The notes beneath the pieces were generated by a model that did not search any database, had not been told where the DNA came from, and worked only from the letters and a program-made list of their open reading frames with translations. A stretch of DNA of 45,010 nt from a bacterium. Lineage in GTDB: Bacteria > Desulfobacterota > DSWW01. The translations under genes and the position numbers were made by a program. Location: the NCBI GenBank assembly GCA_040756235.1, contig JBFLZG010000010.1:1-45010 (forward strand), in the 5' to 3' direction. Each line of letters opens with the position of its first letter. Position 1 is the stretch's first letter. Positions 25,706-34,664 of this stretch are shown here, in pieces.

Positions 25706-26607
25706 GTCACAGAACGGGAAAATCGTGAAAAGCTCACCACACTGCTGATGATTCCAAGCACCGTGCCCAGCAGGAACAAAGCCAGGATGGACGTGGGGGA
25801 CAGGAAGGCCGGCTGGGTCCAGCCGACGAACTGCGTCCAGGATTCCCCGAGGTGCAGCCGGAAGGCCGCGTAGACGCTCCAGCAGAACAAAACCGCGATG
25901 CCGGCGCCTCCGACCCCCTGCAGCAGGGCCTCCAGCAGGAAAGGGAGGCGCACGTACGCTTCGGTCGCGCCGACCAGCCTCTGGATCTCGATCTCATCCT
26001 TTCTGGCAAAGAACTGGAGCGTCAGGGTGCTGGAGATGACGATCAGGGTGCCGGAGAGCAGCAGCACCCCGAGAAACAGTCCGGCCCACCGCAACATCTT
26101 GAGGAGAGCGAAGAAGCGGCCGATCCAGGCCCCTCCGTATTCCACCTGCGCAACGCCCGCCAGAGGCCGGCAGCGCTCCGCCACCGTGCGGATCGCGTCC
26201 AGCTCCTGCGCCTCCTTCTTCAGGCGGACCTCGAGGGAGGCGGGCAACGGGTTCTCCGGGATCCCTTCGAGCACGGACGCCGCCTCTCCGAGGGTCTTCT
26301 CCAGCTCGCGCAGCGCGCCCTCCGGGGTCACGTTGCGGACGGAGCCCACTTCCCGCCACGCGGCGATGGTCTTCTGCAAGGCCTGGCGCTCGTCTTCGGA
26401 GATCGACTTCTGCAGGTACACCGTCACCTGCAGCTCGCTGCCCCAGCGGTTGGCGATGACCTGCAGGTTGGTCAACAGGAGCAGGAAGGTCGCGAACAGC
26501 AGCAGGCTGAACCCCACGGCGGCTGAGGTCACCAGATGCGTCACCCAGTGCGACCGGATGTTTTCCTTGACGCTCTTGAAGATGTAATAGCACTCGTAGA
26601 GAATCAT
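25702..26607 (-). CDS. ftsX: Cell division permease FtsX
   Basis: 4 TM pattern, ENPLPASLEV, RKDEIEIQRLVGAT..YVRLPF..E. Confidence 0.93.
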   Translation of the reverse strand: MILYECYYIFKSVKENIRSHWVTHLVTSAAVGFSLLLFATFLLLLTNLQVIANRWGSELQVTVYLQKSISEDERQALQKTIAAWREVGSVRNVTPEGALRELEKTLGEAASVLEGIPENPLPASLEVRLKKEAQELDAIRTVAERCRPLAGVAQVEYGGAWIGRFFALLKMLRWAGLFLGVLLLSGTLIVISSTLTLQFFARKDEIEIQRLVGATEAYVRLPFLLEALLQGVGGAGIAVLFCWSVYAAFRLHLGESWTQFVGWTQPAFLSPTSILALFLLGTVLGIISSVVSFSRFSRSVT

Positions 26608-27260
26608 GGGCCTGCCAGGGATCCCCTTTCCAGCATGATGCGCCGCTTTCCGTAGTGGTTGACGAGCTCCTCGTTGTGGGTCGCCACCATCACCGTGGTG
26701 CCCTGCTCCTGCATGTTCACGAACTGGTCCATGATCTCGCGGCTCAGGCTCCAGTCCAGGTTCCCGGTCGGTTCGTCGGCCAGGACCAGAATGGGATCGC
26801 TGACCAGGGCCCTGGCGATGGCCACGCGCTGCTGCTCCCCGCCGGAGAGCCGGAGCGGCTTCTGGTCCCTCTTGTCCGAAAGGCCGACCGAGCGCAGGGC
26901 CTGGAAGGCCCTCTGCTGCGCCTTCCTGGGCGGCACGCCCTGGACGTGAAGGGCCAGGGAGACGTTTTCCAGGACCGTTCTGCGCGGCAGGAGCTTGAAA
27001 TCCTGGAAGACGAACCCGATCCTGCGGCGCAGCAGCGCCATCTCCCGGGAGCTCATGCGCGTCAGGTTCTTGCCGTCCACCAGAATCTGCCCCTGCGTGG
27101 TCCGCTCCACGCCCAGGACCAGCTTGAGCAGGGTGGACTTGCCGGCCCCGGACGGGCCGGTGACGAAGACGAACTCCCCTTTCGGAATCTGCAGGGTCAG
27201 GTCGCTGAGCGCCGGCGTGCTCCCGGAGTAGATCTTGGAAACATGGAAGAGCTGAATCAT
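26604..27260 (-). CDS. ftsE: Cell division ATP-binding protein FtsE
   Basis: [47 protein letters not shown]; upstream of ftsX. Confidence 0.95.
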   Translation of the reverse strand: MIQLFHVSKIYSGSTPALSDLTLQIPKGEFVFVTGPSGAGKSTLLKLVLGVERTTQGQILVDGKNLTRMSSREMALLRRRIGFVFQDFKLLPRRTVLENVSLALHVQGVPPRKAQQRAFQALRSVGLSDKRDQKPLRLSGGEQQRVAIARALVSDPILVLADEPTGNLDWSLSREIMDQFVNMQEQGTTVMVATHNEELVNHYGKRRIMLERGSLAGP

Positions 27261-27304
27261 GGCCGGAGAGGTTCCTGCCGGAGGCTTGCGGCCGCAGAGC
27301 CGGT

Positions 27305-28078
27305 TCAGGCCTCTTTTCGGTTCAAGTGATAGAGGATCTGCAGCCCCTTCAGCGTGAGGAGCTCATCCACTTCCTGGATCGCACGGGACTCCGGGGCGAC
27401 CCGGGCGGCCAGCCCGCCGGTGGCGATCACGTAGGCGTCCTCGCCCATCTCCTTGCGGATCCGCTCCGCCATGCCGTCCACGAGCCCGACGTATCCGTAG
27501 AGGATGCCCGACTGCATGCTGTGGACCGTGTTCTTGCCGATCACGGTCCGGGGCCGCGCGATCTCGACGCGCGGCAGTTTGGACGCCATCTGCACGAGCG
27601 CCTCGAGGGAGATGCTGATCCCCGGGACGATCACACCGCCCAGGTAGTCCCCCTTGGCCGAGATGCAGTCGAAGGTGGTGGCCGTGCCGAAGTCGACCAC
27701 GATACAGGCCCTGCGCACCCGGTGGTAGGCGGCGACGGCGTTCACGATCCTGTCGGCCCCCACTTCCCTGGGATTGTCCATCAGGATCGGCATGCCGGTG
27801 CGCGTGCCGGGGCCCACCACGAGGGGCGTCACGGACAGGTGCCGCGCGCAGAGCTCCTCGAAGGTCTGCAGCAGCGGCGGCACCACGCAGGAGATCGCGA
27901 CCGCCTCGAAGGTCCGGAACGACAAGCCGCACAGGGCGAGGAGGCTGTGAATGAGCACCGCGTACTCGTCCGCGGTCTTGGCCTTGTCCGAGGCGATGCG
28001 CCAGTGGTTGCGGAGCTTCTCCCCCTCGAAGACCCCGATGCAGCTGTGCGTGTTCCCGATGTCCAGGGCAAAAAGCAT
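27305..28078 (-). CDS. coaX: Type III pantothenate kinase
   Basis: LDIGNT, EVGADRIVN, VDFGTATTFD, SMQSG, ATGG, LTLKGL; ATG 28078 after GGAGG. Confidence 0.96.
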   Translation of the reverse strand: MLFALDIGNTHSCIGVFEGEKLRNHWRIASDKAKTADEYAVLIHSLLALCGLSFRTFEAVAISCVVPPLLQTFEELCARHLSVTPLVVGPGTRTGMPILMDNPREVGADRIVNAVAAYHRVRRACIVVDFGTATTFDCISAKGDYLGGVIVPGISISLEALVQMASKLPRVEIARPRTVIGKNTVHSMQSGILYGYVGLVDGMAERIRKEMGEDAYVIATGGLAARVAPESRAIQEVDELLTLKGLQILYHLNRKEA

Positions 28079-28101
28079 GTAAAGACCTCCCAAGCTCAGC
28101 T

Positions 28102-28497
28102 GGTAGGGTGGACAAAGTCGCAGGCGTGTCCACCAACCAGGGCATCGAGTGCGGTGGGTGCACCGCCCTCGCTCGTCTCGGGCTCAGAACGCTCCGGCCG
28201 GTTCTCCTCCCGAGGGTCGGAGACCACGGCCCTTCGGGCGGCTCGCCCTTTTCGTCCCTCGCTCCGGGCCGGGTGTATCGAGGCACACGAGCCTGGCGGG
28301 CACGGTATTCGAGAAACAGCGCTGCGTTCCACCGGCCTGTCGGAGCTCGGGACGGCCTCCGCGACTCGCCCTCGCCTCCTCGTGCGGACACCCGCCGTAC
28401 TCATGGCAGCACCCGGTAGGGTGGACAAAGCCGCAGGCGTGTCCACCAAGACCGGAGCCCTCGGTAGGGTGGACCAAGCACCTGACTGTCCACCACA
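28102..28497 (+). repeat. Three direct GTAG-type REP repeats (GGTAG-GGTGGAC..GTCCACC)
   Basis: Copies at 28102-28136, 28415-28449 (1 mismatch in 35 nt) and 28463-28497 (divergent loop); each is GTAG followed by a hairpin. Confidence 0.85.
28147..28402. other. ~256-bp non-coding element with imperfect terminal inverted repeats (MITE or structured RNA)
   Basis: Left end GAGTGCGGTGGGTG versus reverse complement of right end GAGTACGGCGGGTG; internal hairpin GCCC-TTCG-GGC; no convincing ORF. Confidence 0.5.
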
Positions 28498-28520
28498 AGC
28501 GAGGAACCACGGCAATCATC

Positions 28521-29552
28521 TTATTCCTTCTCCCCCCCGGGAGAGGGCCAGGCCGAGGGGACAGGAGGCGAAACCCGGATCACGTCCCCTGCCCGGATCC
28601 GTTCCGTGGCGCCCGGGGCAACCTCCAGCACGAGCGCCCCCTCGTCGTCGATGTCCTCGAACCTCCCCCTCAGGATCCCCTTGGGCGTGTCGACCTCGAG
28701 ACTGCCGCCGAGATGGACGCAGAAGGAGAGCCATCTCTTCCGCAGGGGTCGAGCCCCCTCCCGGAGGAACCGCTCGTACCCCCTGTCCAGATTCTCGAGC
28801 AGCCTCCGGGTGAACGGGACCCGCTCCACGGGCCTGCCCAGGACGCAACGGACCGAAGTCGCGGGATAGGTCAGCTCGCCCGGAAACATCTCCCGGGTCA
28901 TGTTGAGGTTCACGCCGATGCCGAGAACGAGGAAGTGGATCGTCTCCTGCTCGGCATGCATCTCGGCCAGGATCCCGGCCACTTTCGCGCCTTCAAGCAG
29001 CACGTCGTTGGGCCACTTGATGCCGGGCGCTACCGGAAGGGTCTCCCTCAGGGTCTCGCACAGCTCCACGGCCGCCAGCAGGGTCAGCAGCGCCGCTTCG
29101 GCGGGCAGAACGGCCGGCCGCAACAGAACGGAGGCATAGAGGTTCGTGCCGGCCGGGCTCACCCAGCGTCTGCCTCTGCGGCCCCTGCCCGCCCGCTGCA
29201 TCTCGGCGAGCACCACCGTTCCCTCTTCCGCCCCCTCGAGGCCGAGCTGCCAGGCATCTTCGTTGGTCGAACCCGTCTCGTCAAGGGCCACGATCCTGCG
29301 GCCGATGCGCAAAGGATCGAAGCCTCGATCGGCCTCCAGGACGCGCAGCGCATCCGGCACGCGCAGCAGCCGATACCCCATCGAAGAAACCCCTTCGATG
29401 TCGTAGCCGTCGCTGCGCAGCCCCTCGATCTGCTTCCAGACCGCGGCCCGGCTGATCCCGAGCTCGCTGCAGATGTCGTGGCTCGAGACGAAGTCCCCGG
29501 ATCGACGCAGGAGGCGCAGGACCTTTTCCGCCCGGGAGCCCGGCTTAGCCAT
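28521..29552 (-). CDS. birA: Bifunctional biotin--[acetyl-CoA-carboxylase] ligase / biotin repressor
   Basis: N-terminal HTH (ISRAAVWKQIEGLR..GY), STNE, Q.AGRGRRGRRW.SP, IKWPND, KVAGIL, GIGVN. Confidence 0.96.
   Translation of the reverse strand: MAKPGSRAEKVLRLLRRSGDFVSSHDICSELGISRAAVWKQIEGLRSDGYDIEGVSSMGYRLLRVPDALRVLEADRGFDPLRIGRRIVALDETGSTNEDAWQLGLEGAEEGTVVLAEMQRAGRGRRGRRWVSPAGTNLYASVLLRPAVLPAEAALLTLLAAVELCETLRETLPVAPGIKWPNDVLLEGAKVAGILAEMHAEQETIHFLVLGIGVNLNMTREMFPGELTYPATSVRCVLGRPVERVPFTRRLLENLDRGYERFLREGARPLRKRWLSFCVHLGGSLEVDTPKGILRGRFEDIDDEGALVLEVAPGATERIRAGDVIRVSPPVPSAWPSPGGEKE
28523..28560. repeat. Palindromic REP-like repeat overlapping the birA 3' end
   Basis: ATTCCTTCTCCCCCCCGGGAGAGGGCCAGGCCGAGGGG matches 13704-13746. 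Confidence 0.65.
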
Positions 29553-30387
29553 CGTCCCTCACGAGCATCGAGATGTCCACCCCGGGCGCGGAGTGCGTGA
29601 GCCGGCCCACGGAGATCATGTCGACGCCGGTCTCGGCCACGGCCCGGACGTTCTCCAGGGTCACGCCGCCGGACACCTCCAGGAGCGCCGCCCCTGCGAC
29701 CAGGCGCACCGCGGCCCGGATCGTCTCGAGCGGCATGTTGTCGAGAAGGATCGCCTCGGCGCCCGCTTCCAGCGCTTCCCGGACTTCGTCCAGGGTGGTC
29801 GCCTCGACCTCGGCCCGCAGGCCGTGCGGCGCCGCCTCGCGGGCGCGCCGGACCGCTTCCGCCACGCCCCCGCAGGCCACGATGTGGTTCTCCTTGATCA
29901 GGATCCCGTCCGCGAGGCTCGATCGGTGGTTGTGCCCGCCGCCGGCGCGGACCGCGTACTTCTCCAGGGCCCGCAAGCCTGGCAGCGTCTTGCGCGTGTC
30001 GAGGATCCGCACCCCGGTCCCGCGGACCGCGTCCGCGAACTGGCGCGTCAGCGTGGCCACGCCCGACAGGTGCTGGAGGATGTTCAGTGACACGCGCTCC
30101 CCGGCCAGAAGGGCGCTCAGAGGGCCCTCGAGCTCCAGCAGGACCCGTCCGCGCTCGACCGCGTCGCCGTCCGCTACCGCGGGCGTGCACACGCACTCCG
30201 GGGAGAGGAGCTCGAAGACCCGGACCGAGACCCCCAGACCTGCCACGATGAGAGACTCCTTCGCGATGAAGCGGGCCCTGCCCGTGCGGCCCGGCGGGAT
30301 CAGCAGCTCGGTCGTGAGGTCGCCGCTGCCCAGGTCCTCGCGCAGGGCCGTCCGGATCCAGTCATCGAGCAGTCCGAGCGGTAGCAT
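29545..30387 (-). CDS. nadC: Quinolinate phosphoribosyltransferase
   Basis: ALREDLGSGDLTT, GER..LN..QHLSGVAT, DTRKTLPG, NHR, IKENH, LLDNM, SGG, THSA...DIS. Confidence 0.96.
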   Translation of the reverse strand: MLPLGLLDDWIRTALREDLGSGDLTTELLIPPGRTGRARFIAKESLIVAGLGVSVRVFELLSPECVCTPAVADGDAVERGRVLLELEGPLSALLAGERVSLNILQHLSGVATLTRQFADAVRGTGVRILDTRKTLPGLRALEKYAVRAGGGHNHRSSLADGILIKENHIVACGGVAEAVRRAREAAPHGLRAEVEATTLDEVREALEAGAEAILLDNMPLETIRAAVRLVAGAALLEVSGGVTLENVRAVAETGVDMISVGRLTHSAPGVDISMLVRDDG

Positions 30388-30739
30388 GTGCTGTTTTCCC
30401 TCTGTGCGGGTTCCCCTTGCCCGGTAGCGTCGCGGCAACCGGCCGTAATGATCGGAGATTGCGAGGACCGGAGGTCCGCGGCAACCTCCCGGTTACAGCG
30501 GTTACAGGGGGATCGCCGCGCTCGCAGCTTCCTCCAGCATGGACAGCCCGGGTGCGCAAGGCTCGCTCGCGACATTCACCCTTTCGGCCATCGGTTGCCG
30601 TCCCCCCTCGTGACCGTATCGGGCAAGTATACGCCGCCGTGCTTGTCAATCCGCGTACCGAGGCCGGCGCTATACAATCAGCCGCATCACCCGTTTCGGC
30701 GGGGCCGTTCTCAGGGCGCCGCTTGCCGCGCGCCCGGCA

Positions 30740-33418
30740 TCAGGTTGCGCTGCCCTCTCCGGCGATCTCCCTGAGCTGCTCCATGTTCCTCAGGAGGCGG
30801 CGCTCCTCCTCGAGCAGTGCCTGCTGCCTCTCCCTCTCCTTGTCCACGATCTCCCGGGGCGCCCTCTCGACGAACTGCGCGCTCGCGAGTTTCCGGGCGA
30901 TCTTGTCGAGCTCGCCCCCGAGCTTGTCCCGGGTCTTGTCGAGCCGCTTCATTTCCTCCTCGAAATTGAGAATGCCTCCGAGCCGGACGTAGATCTCCAC
31001 GTCCTCCAGGACCGAGACCGCCGACTGCGGCGGCCGGCTGCCGGCGGCCGCAACCTCCAGCTCCCGCAACCGGGCCAGGAACCGGACATAGGGAGAGAGG
31101 GCCTCGATCAGCGCCCGCTTGCCGGCATCCGGGCAGACGATACTCACCGAGAGCTGCTCGGCCGGAGGCACGTTCAGCTCGCCCCGCACGTTGCGGATCC
31201 CGGTGATGACCTGCAGCACCAGGCCGGCCTCCTGCTCTGCCTGCGGGTCGGGCGTCCCGTCTTCGGGCCTGGGAAACGGGGCGCGCGGCAGGGTGCCGGC
31301 AGTAGCGGGCAGATGGGACCAGAGCTCGTCGCTCACGAACGGCGCAAAGGGGTGCAGGAGCTTGAGCAGGACCGTCATGGCCCGATGGAGATAAAAACGC
31401 ACCCGCAAGGCGCTGCGCGGGTCGCCGCCGGCCAGGTCCACCTTGGTGAGCTCGAGGTACCAGTCGCAGAACTCATGCCAGATGAACTGATAAAGATAAT
31501 GCGCCGCCTCGTTGAACTTGCAGGCGTCCAGCGCCTCCCGCACCCTGCGGATCGTGTCGGCCAGGCGGGATAGAATCCAGCGGTCGAGGAGCGAAGGCTC
31601 GGGAGCCTCTGCGGCGGCAGGCGGCGGGTCCCAGCCTTCCAGGTTCATGCGGATGAAGCGCACCGCGTTCCAGATCTTGTTCATGAAGAACCGGTAGCCC
31701 TTGATGCGGTCCTCGCTCATGCGGATGTCCCGGCCCTGGGCCGCCAGCGCGGCCAGCGTGTACCGGAAGCTGTCGGCCCCGTAACGGTCGACGATGACCA
31801 GCGGGTCGATGACGTTGCCCTTGGACTTGCTCATCTTCTGCCCCTCGGCGTCGCGCACGAGGGCGTGGATGTAGACGTCGCGGAACGGCACGTCACCCAT
31901 GCAGCGCAGGCCCATCATGATCATGCGCGCGACCCAGAAGAAGAGGATGTCGAAGCCGGTGACCATGACCGAGGTCGGGTAGTACACCTCGAGGTCCCTC
32001 GTCCGGTCCGGCCAGCCGAGCGTGGAGAAGGGCCAGAGGCCGGAGCTGAACCAGGTGTCGAGGACGTCGCTCTCCTGCTCGATCGCGGCGCCGCCGCAGG
32101 CGCGGCAGCGGTCCGGGTCGGTGCGGGAGACCGTGACCTCGCCGCAGTCCTTGCAGGTCCAGGCCGGAATGCGGTGGCCCCACCAGATCTGACGCGAGAT
32201 GCACCAGTCCCGGATGTTGTTCATCCATTCGAAGTACGTGCTCTCCCAGGTGCACGGGTGGATGCGCACGCGACCGTCCCGGACCGCCTCGATGGCCGGC
32301 TCGGCCAGGGGCTTCATGCGCACGAACCACTGCAGAGAGAGATACGGCTCCACGATCGTGCGGCATCGATAGCAGTGCCCGATGTTGTGCTTGTACGGCT
32401 CGATCGACTCCAGGAGCCCCTGCCTTTCCAGGTCCTCGACCACCCGCTTGCGGCACTCCTCGCGCGTGAGTCCCTGGTAGCGGCCGGCGCGCTCGTTCAT
32501 GACGGCCCTGCCGTCCATGACCTGGAGGACCTCCAGGCCGTGCCGGCGGCCGACCTCGAAGTCGTTGAAGTCGTGGGCCGGCGTGATCTTCACGGCGCCG
32601 CTGCCGAACTCGGGATCCACGTAGAGGTCGGCGATGACCGGGATCTCGCGCTCCAGGAGAGGCAGCAGAACCTTGCGGCCCCGCAGCGCGGCGTAGCGCG
32701 CGTCATCGGGGTGGACGGCCACGGCCGTGTCGCCCAGCATGGTCTCCGGCCGCGTGGTCGCCACCGAAATGCCGCCCGCCGCGGCGCCGGCGCCGGCCTG
32801 CGCCCCGGCCATGGGGTAGCGGATGTGCCAGAGGTGGCCCTCGGTCTCGGTCAGGTCCACCTCGAGGTCGCTCAACGCCGTCTGGCAGCGCGGGCACCAG
32901 TTGATGATGTAATGGCCGCGGTAGATCAGGCCGTCCTCGTACAGGCGGACGAACACCTCGCGCACGGCCTTGGAGAGCCCCTCGTCCATGGTGAAGCGGA
33001 GGCGCGACCAGTCGCAGGAGGCGCCCATGCGCTTGAGCTGATCGATGATGATCCCGCCGTACTGCTCCTTCCACTGCCACACCCGCTCGACGAACTTCTC
33101 CCGGCCGAGGTCGGTCCGAGACTTGCCTTCCTGGGCGAGCTGCTTCTCCACCACGTTCTGCGTGGCGATCCCGGCATGGTCCGTGCCCGGCACCCAGAGC
33201 GCGTTGAAGCCGTCCATGCGCTTGTACCGGATCAGGATGTCCTGGAGGGTCGAGTTCAGGGCATGGCCCATGTGCAGGGACCCGGTCACGTTGGGCGGGG
33301 GGATGACGATACAGAAAGGCTCGCCTCCGGCCTCCGGATCGGCCCGGAACAGGCCCTTCTCCAGCGCGAGGCGGTACCATTTCTCTTCAATGGGTTTGGG
33401 GTCGTACGCCTTTTCCAA
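30740..33418 (-). CDS. valS: Valine--tRNA ligase
   Basis: PPPNVTGSLHMGH (HIGH), DWCISRQIWWGH, KMSKS, C-terminal coiled coil; TTG/GTG start at 33418/33421 after GGAGG. Confidence 0.97.
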   Translation of the reverse strand: MEKAYDPKPIEEKWYRLALEKGLFRADPEAGGEPFCIVIPPPNVTGSLHMGHALNSTLQDILIRYKRMDGFNALWVPGTDHAGIATQNVVEKQLAQEGKSRTDLGREKFVERVWQWKEQYGGIIIDQLKRMGASCDWSRLRFTMDEGLSKAVREVFVRLYEDGLIYRGHYIINWCPRCQTALSDLEVDLTETEGHLWHIRYPMAGAQAGAGAAAGGISVATTRPETMLGDTAVAVHPDDARYAALRGRKVLLPLLEREIPVIADLYVDPEFGSGAVKITPAHDFNDFEVGRRHGLEVLQVMDGRAVMNERAGRYQGLTREECRKRVVEDLERQGLLESIEPYKHNIGHCYRCRTIVEPYLSLQWFVRMKPLAEPAIEAVRDGRVRIHPCTWESTYFEWMNNIRDWCISRQIWWGHRIPAWTCKDCGEVTVSRTDPDRCRACGGAAIEQESDVLDTWFSSGLWPFSTLGWPDRTRDLEVYYPTSVMVTGFDILFFWVARMIMMGLRCMGDVPFRDVYIHALVRDAEGQKMSKSKGNVIDPLVIVDRYGADSFRYTLAALAAQGRDIRMSEDRIKGYRFFMNKIWNAVRFIRMNLEGWDPPPAAAEAPEPSLLDRWILSRLADTIRRVREALDACKFNEAAHYLYQFIWHEFCDWYLELTKVDLAGGDPRSALRVRFYLHRAMTVLLKLLHPFAPFVSDELWSHLPATAGTLPRAPFPRPEDGTPDPQAEQEAGLVLQVITGIRNVRGELNVPPAEQLSVSIVCPDAGKRALIEALSPYVRFLARLRELEVAAAGSRPPQSAVSVLEDVEIYVRLGGILNFEEEMKRLDKTRDKLGGELDKIARKLASAQFVERAPREIVDKERERQQALLEEERRLLRNMEQLREIAGEGSAT

Positions 33419-33460
33419 CACGCCTCCCTTCCTCTTCCGGGTGCGGTTTCCGGGGATTTG

Positions 33461-33489
33461 TTGACAGCAAAAATAACAAGAAGTATATT
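33461..33489 (+). promoter_or_regulatory. Strong sigma70 promoter of tRNA-Leu
   Basis: TTGACA-N17-TATATT. Confidence 0.8.
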
Positions 33490-33593
33490 GAACTGTCTTC
33501 GTTATTTCAATTTCCCCAGCACTGCGAGGAAAGCCTCTCGGGGGGGGCGGCGGACACACGCAGGCGCGCCGCGCTTTCGATCATCCGTGTTGC

Positions 33594-33680
33594 GCCGAAG
33601 TGGTGGAATTGGTAGACACGCTGGGTTCAGGGTCCAGTGGGCATCCGCCTGTAGGGGTTCGAATCCCCTCTTCGGCACCA
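33594..33680 (+). tRNA. tRNA-Leu(CAG)
   Basis: GCCGAAGTGGTGGAATTGGTAGACACGCTGGGTTCAGGGTCCAGTGGGCATCCGCCTGTAGGGGTTCGAATCCCCTCTTCGGCACCA; 87 nt, long variable arm, anticodon CAG, encoded CCA. Confidence 0.97.
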
Positions 33681-33721
33681 GAAAGACCCCACAAGGTCAG
33701 AGCCTTGTGGGGTCTTTCTTT
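33680..33721 (+). terminator. Intrinsic terminator after tRNA-Leu
   Basis: Perfect 17-bp stem AGAAAGACCCCACAAGG / CCTTGTGGGGTCTTTCT ending in a T-rich tract. Confidence 0.8.
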
Positions 33722-33762
33722 GCCCAGTCGGGCTGAATCCGTTGACCGGAACGGGAGGGTTG

Positions 33763-33783
33763 GGGAACACTTTGGGAACACTT
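33763..33783. repeat. Tandem direct repeat GGGAACACTT x2 (candidate integrase arm-type sites)
   Basis: Exact 10-mers at 33763 and 33774, between the tRNA 3' end and the integrase relic. Confidence 0.55.
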
Positions 33784-33964
33784 CCGAGAATTTTCTCTCG
33801 GAGACAAGCGACTGCGACCTGCTCGTCCTCCATATCCACAGTATCCACAGTGTCGTAGCGACGATGCATCTCATCGGTCATGTGGCCCGTGATCTCCATG
33901 GTCACGCCCTTATCCGCCCCCGCCTTTCGCATCATCGTGACGACGTATGTCGACGATCGTGCAG
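33784..33964 (-). pseudogene. Relic catalytic C-terminus of a tyrosine recombinase/integrase
   Basis: LHDRRHT, then a 1-nt deletion, then VTMMRKAGADKGVTMEITGHMTDEMHRRYDTVD: HxxR, the (L/T)GH His and the catalytic Tyr in the expected spacing. Also a 9-bp duplication (ACTGTGGAT x2). N-terminal part missing. Confidence 0.8.
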
Positions 33965-34119
33965 AATAGTTGACGTTGACCAAAAGAGAGAAGATCCTGC
34001 CTGGTTCGCACTCGGGCGGGAAGTGACGCAGTGGTCGCAGGGATGACAATTCTCAGGCAGTTCCTGCCAAATTTCGGCTTGGGACGAGCACAACGCACCA
34101 GATCGGCGTGAGACGACCT

Positions 34120-34380
34120 CTACTTGAGTGAAGGCGGGGACACCGCGGCCTCGGAGCCGGTTCTGAAGAAGCGACTGGCGACCGGAGGACGCCGCCAGCG
34201 AGACGGGCCGGAGTGCTTCCTGTTGCGCCAGTAGGCCCTAACCGCTTCGGCCAGACTCCCGACGAACATGATGAAGCCGAAAAGGATCGCCAAAAGGACC
34301 TCGCCGCAAAGAAGACTTCCAAGAATGCCGCAACCGAGAATCGCTCTCTTGCCCACCTTCCCCGCCTCTCCTGTTAGCAT
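34120..34380 (-). CDS. Small hypothetical membrane protein
   Basis: Hydrophobic stretch AILGCGILGSLLCGEVLLAILFGFIMFVGSL followed by a basic tail; sigma54-like promoter upstream. Start uncertain. Confidence 0.45.
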   Translation of the reverse strand: MLTGEAGKVGKRAILGCGILGSLLCGEVLLAILFGFIMFVGSLAEAVRAYWRNRKHSGPSRWRRPPVASRFFRTGSEAAVSPPSLK

Positions 34381-34406
34381 TGAGCTTCATCCTGTCCTCG
34401 GATAGA

Positions 34407-34422
34407 TGCAAGAGAAGTGCCC
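34407..34422 (-). promoter_or_regulatory. sigma54 (-24/-12) promoter
   Basis: GGGCAC-TTCTC-TTGCA = GG-N10-GC consensus. Confidence 0.6.
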
Positions 34423-34664
34423 TGCGCTCGGGCTTCTCATAGGAACGTCTCGGCGGGTTGTCTCAGGTCAACCCCTTGCTTTTCGGCATCCAAAGTGGGA
34501 ATCCGAACCCCTGTTGCGCGCCCCCTTCGGGATGTATCCCGCCGCCGTTATCCCATGGCACTGCAAATCCGAGGCCGGGATCGGCGGCGGAACATCCTGG
34601 CCATTGACCATCATTTTGCGTTAGACTCGTGTATAGAAAGCCGCCATCTCATGGAGCACATGAA

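Noticed and set aside
28102..28497. Three ~35-nt direct repeats as a possible CRISPR array
   Set aside because: Spacers are ~278 and 13 nt, the third copy is divergent and there are no cas genes; the GTAG+hairpin form fits REP elements.
30388..30739. 350-bp gap upstream of nadC as a possible NAD riboswitch or leader peptide (29-codon ORF MAERVNVASE..., GGTTACAG x2)
   Set aside because: No riboswitch consensus that I can recognise; the TTGACA/TATACT pair has only a 12-nt spacer; the ORF has no support beyond a weak RBS. An Rfam scan would settle it.
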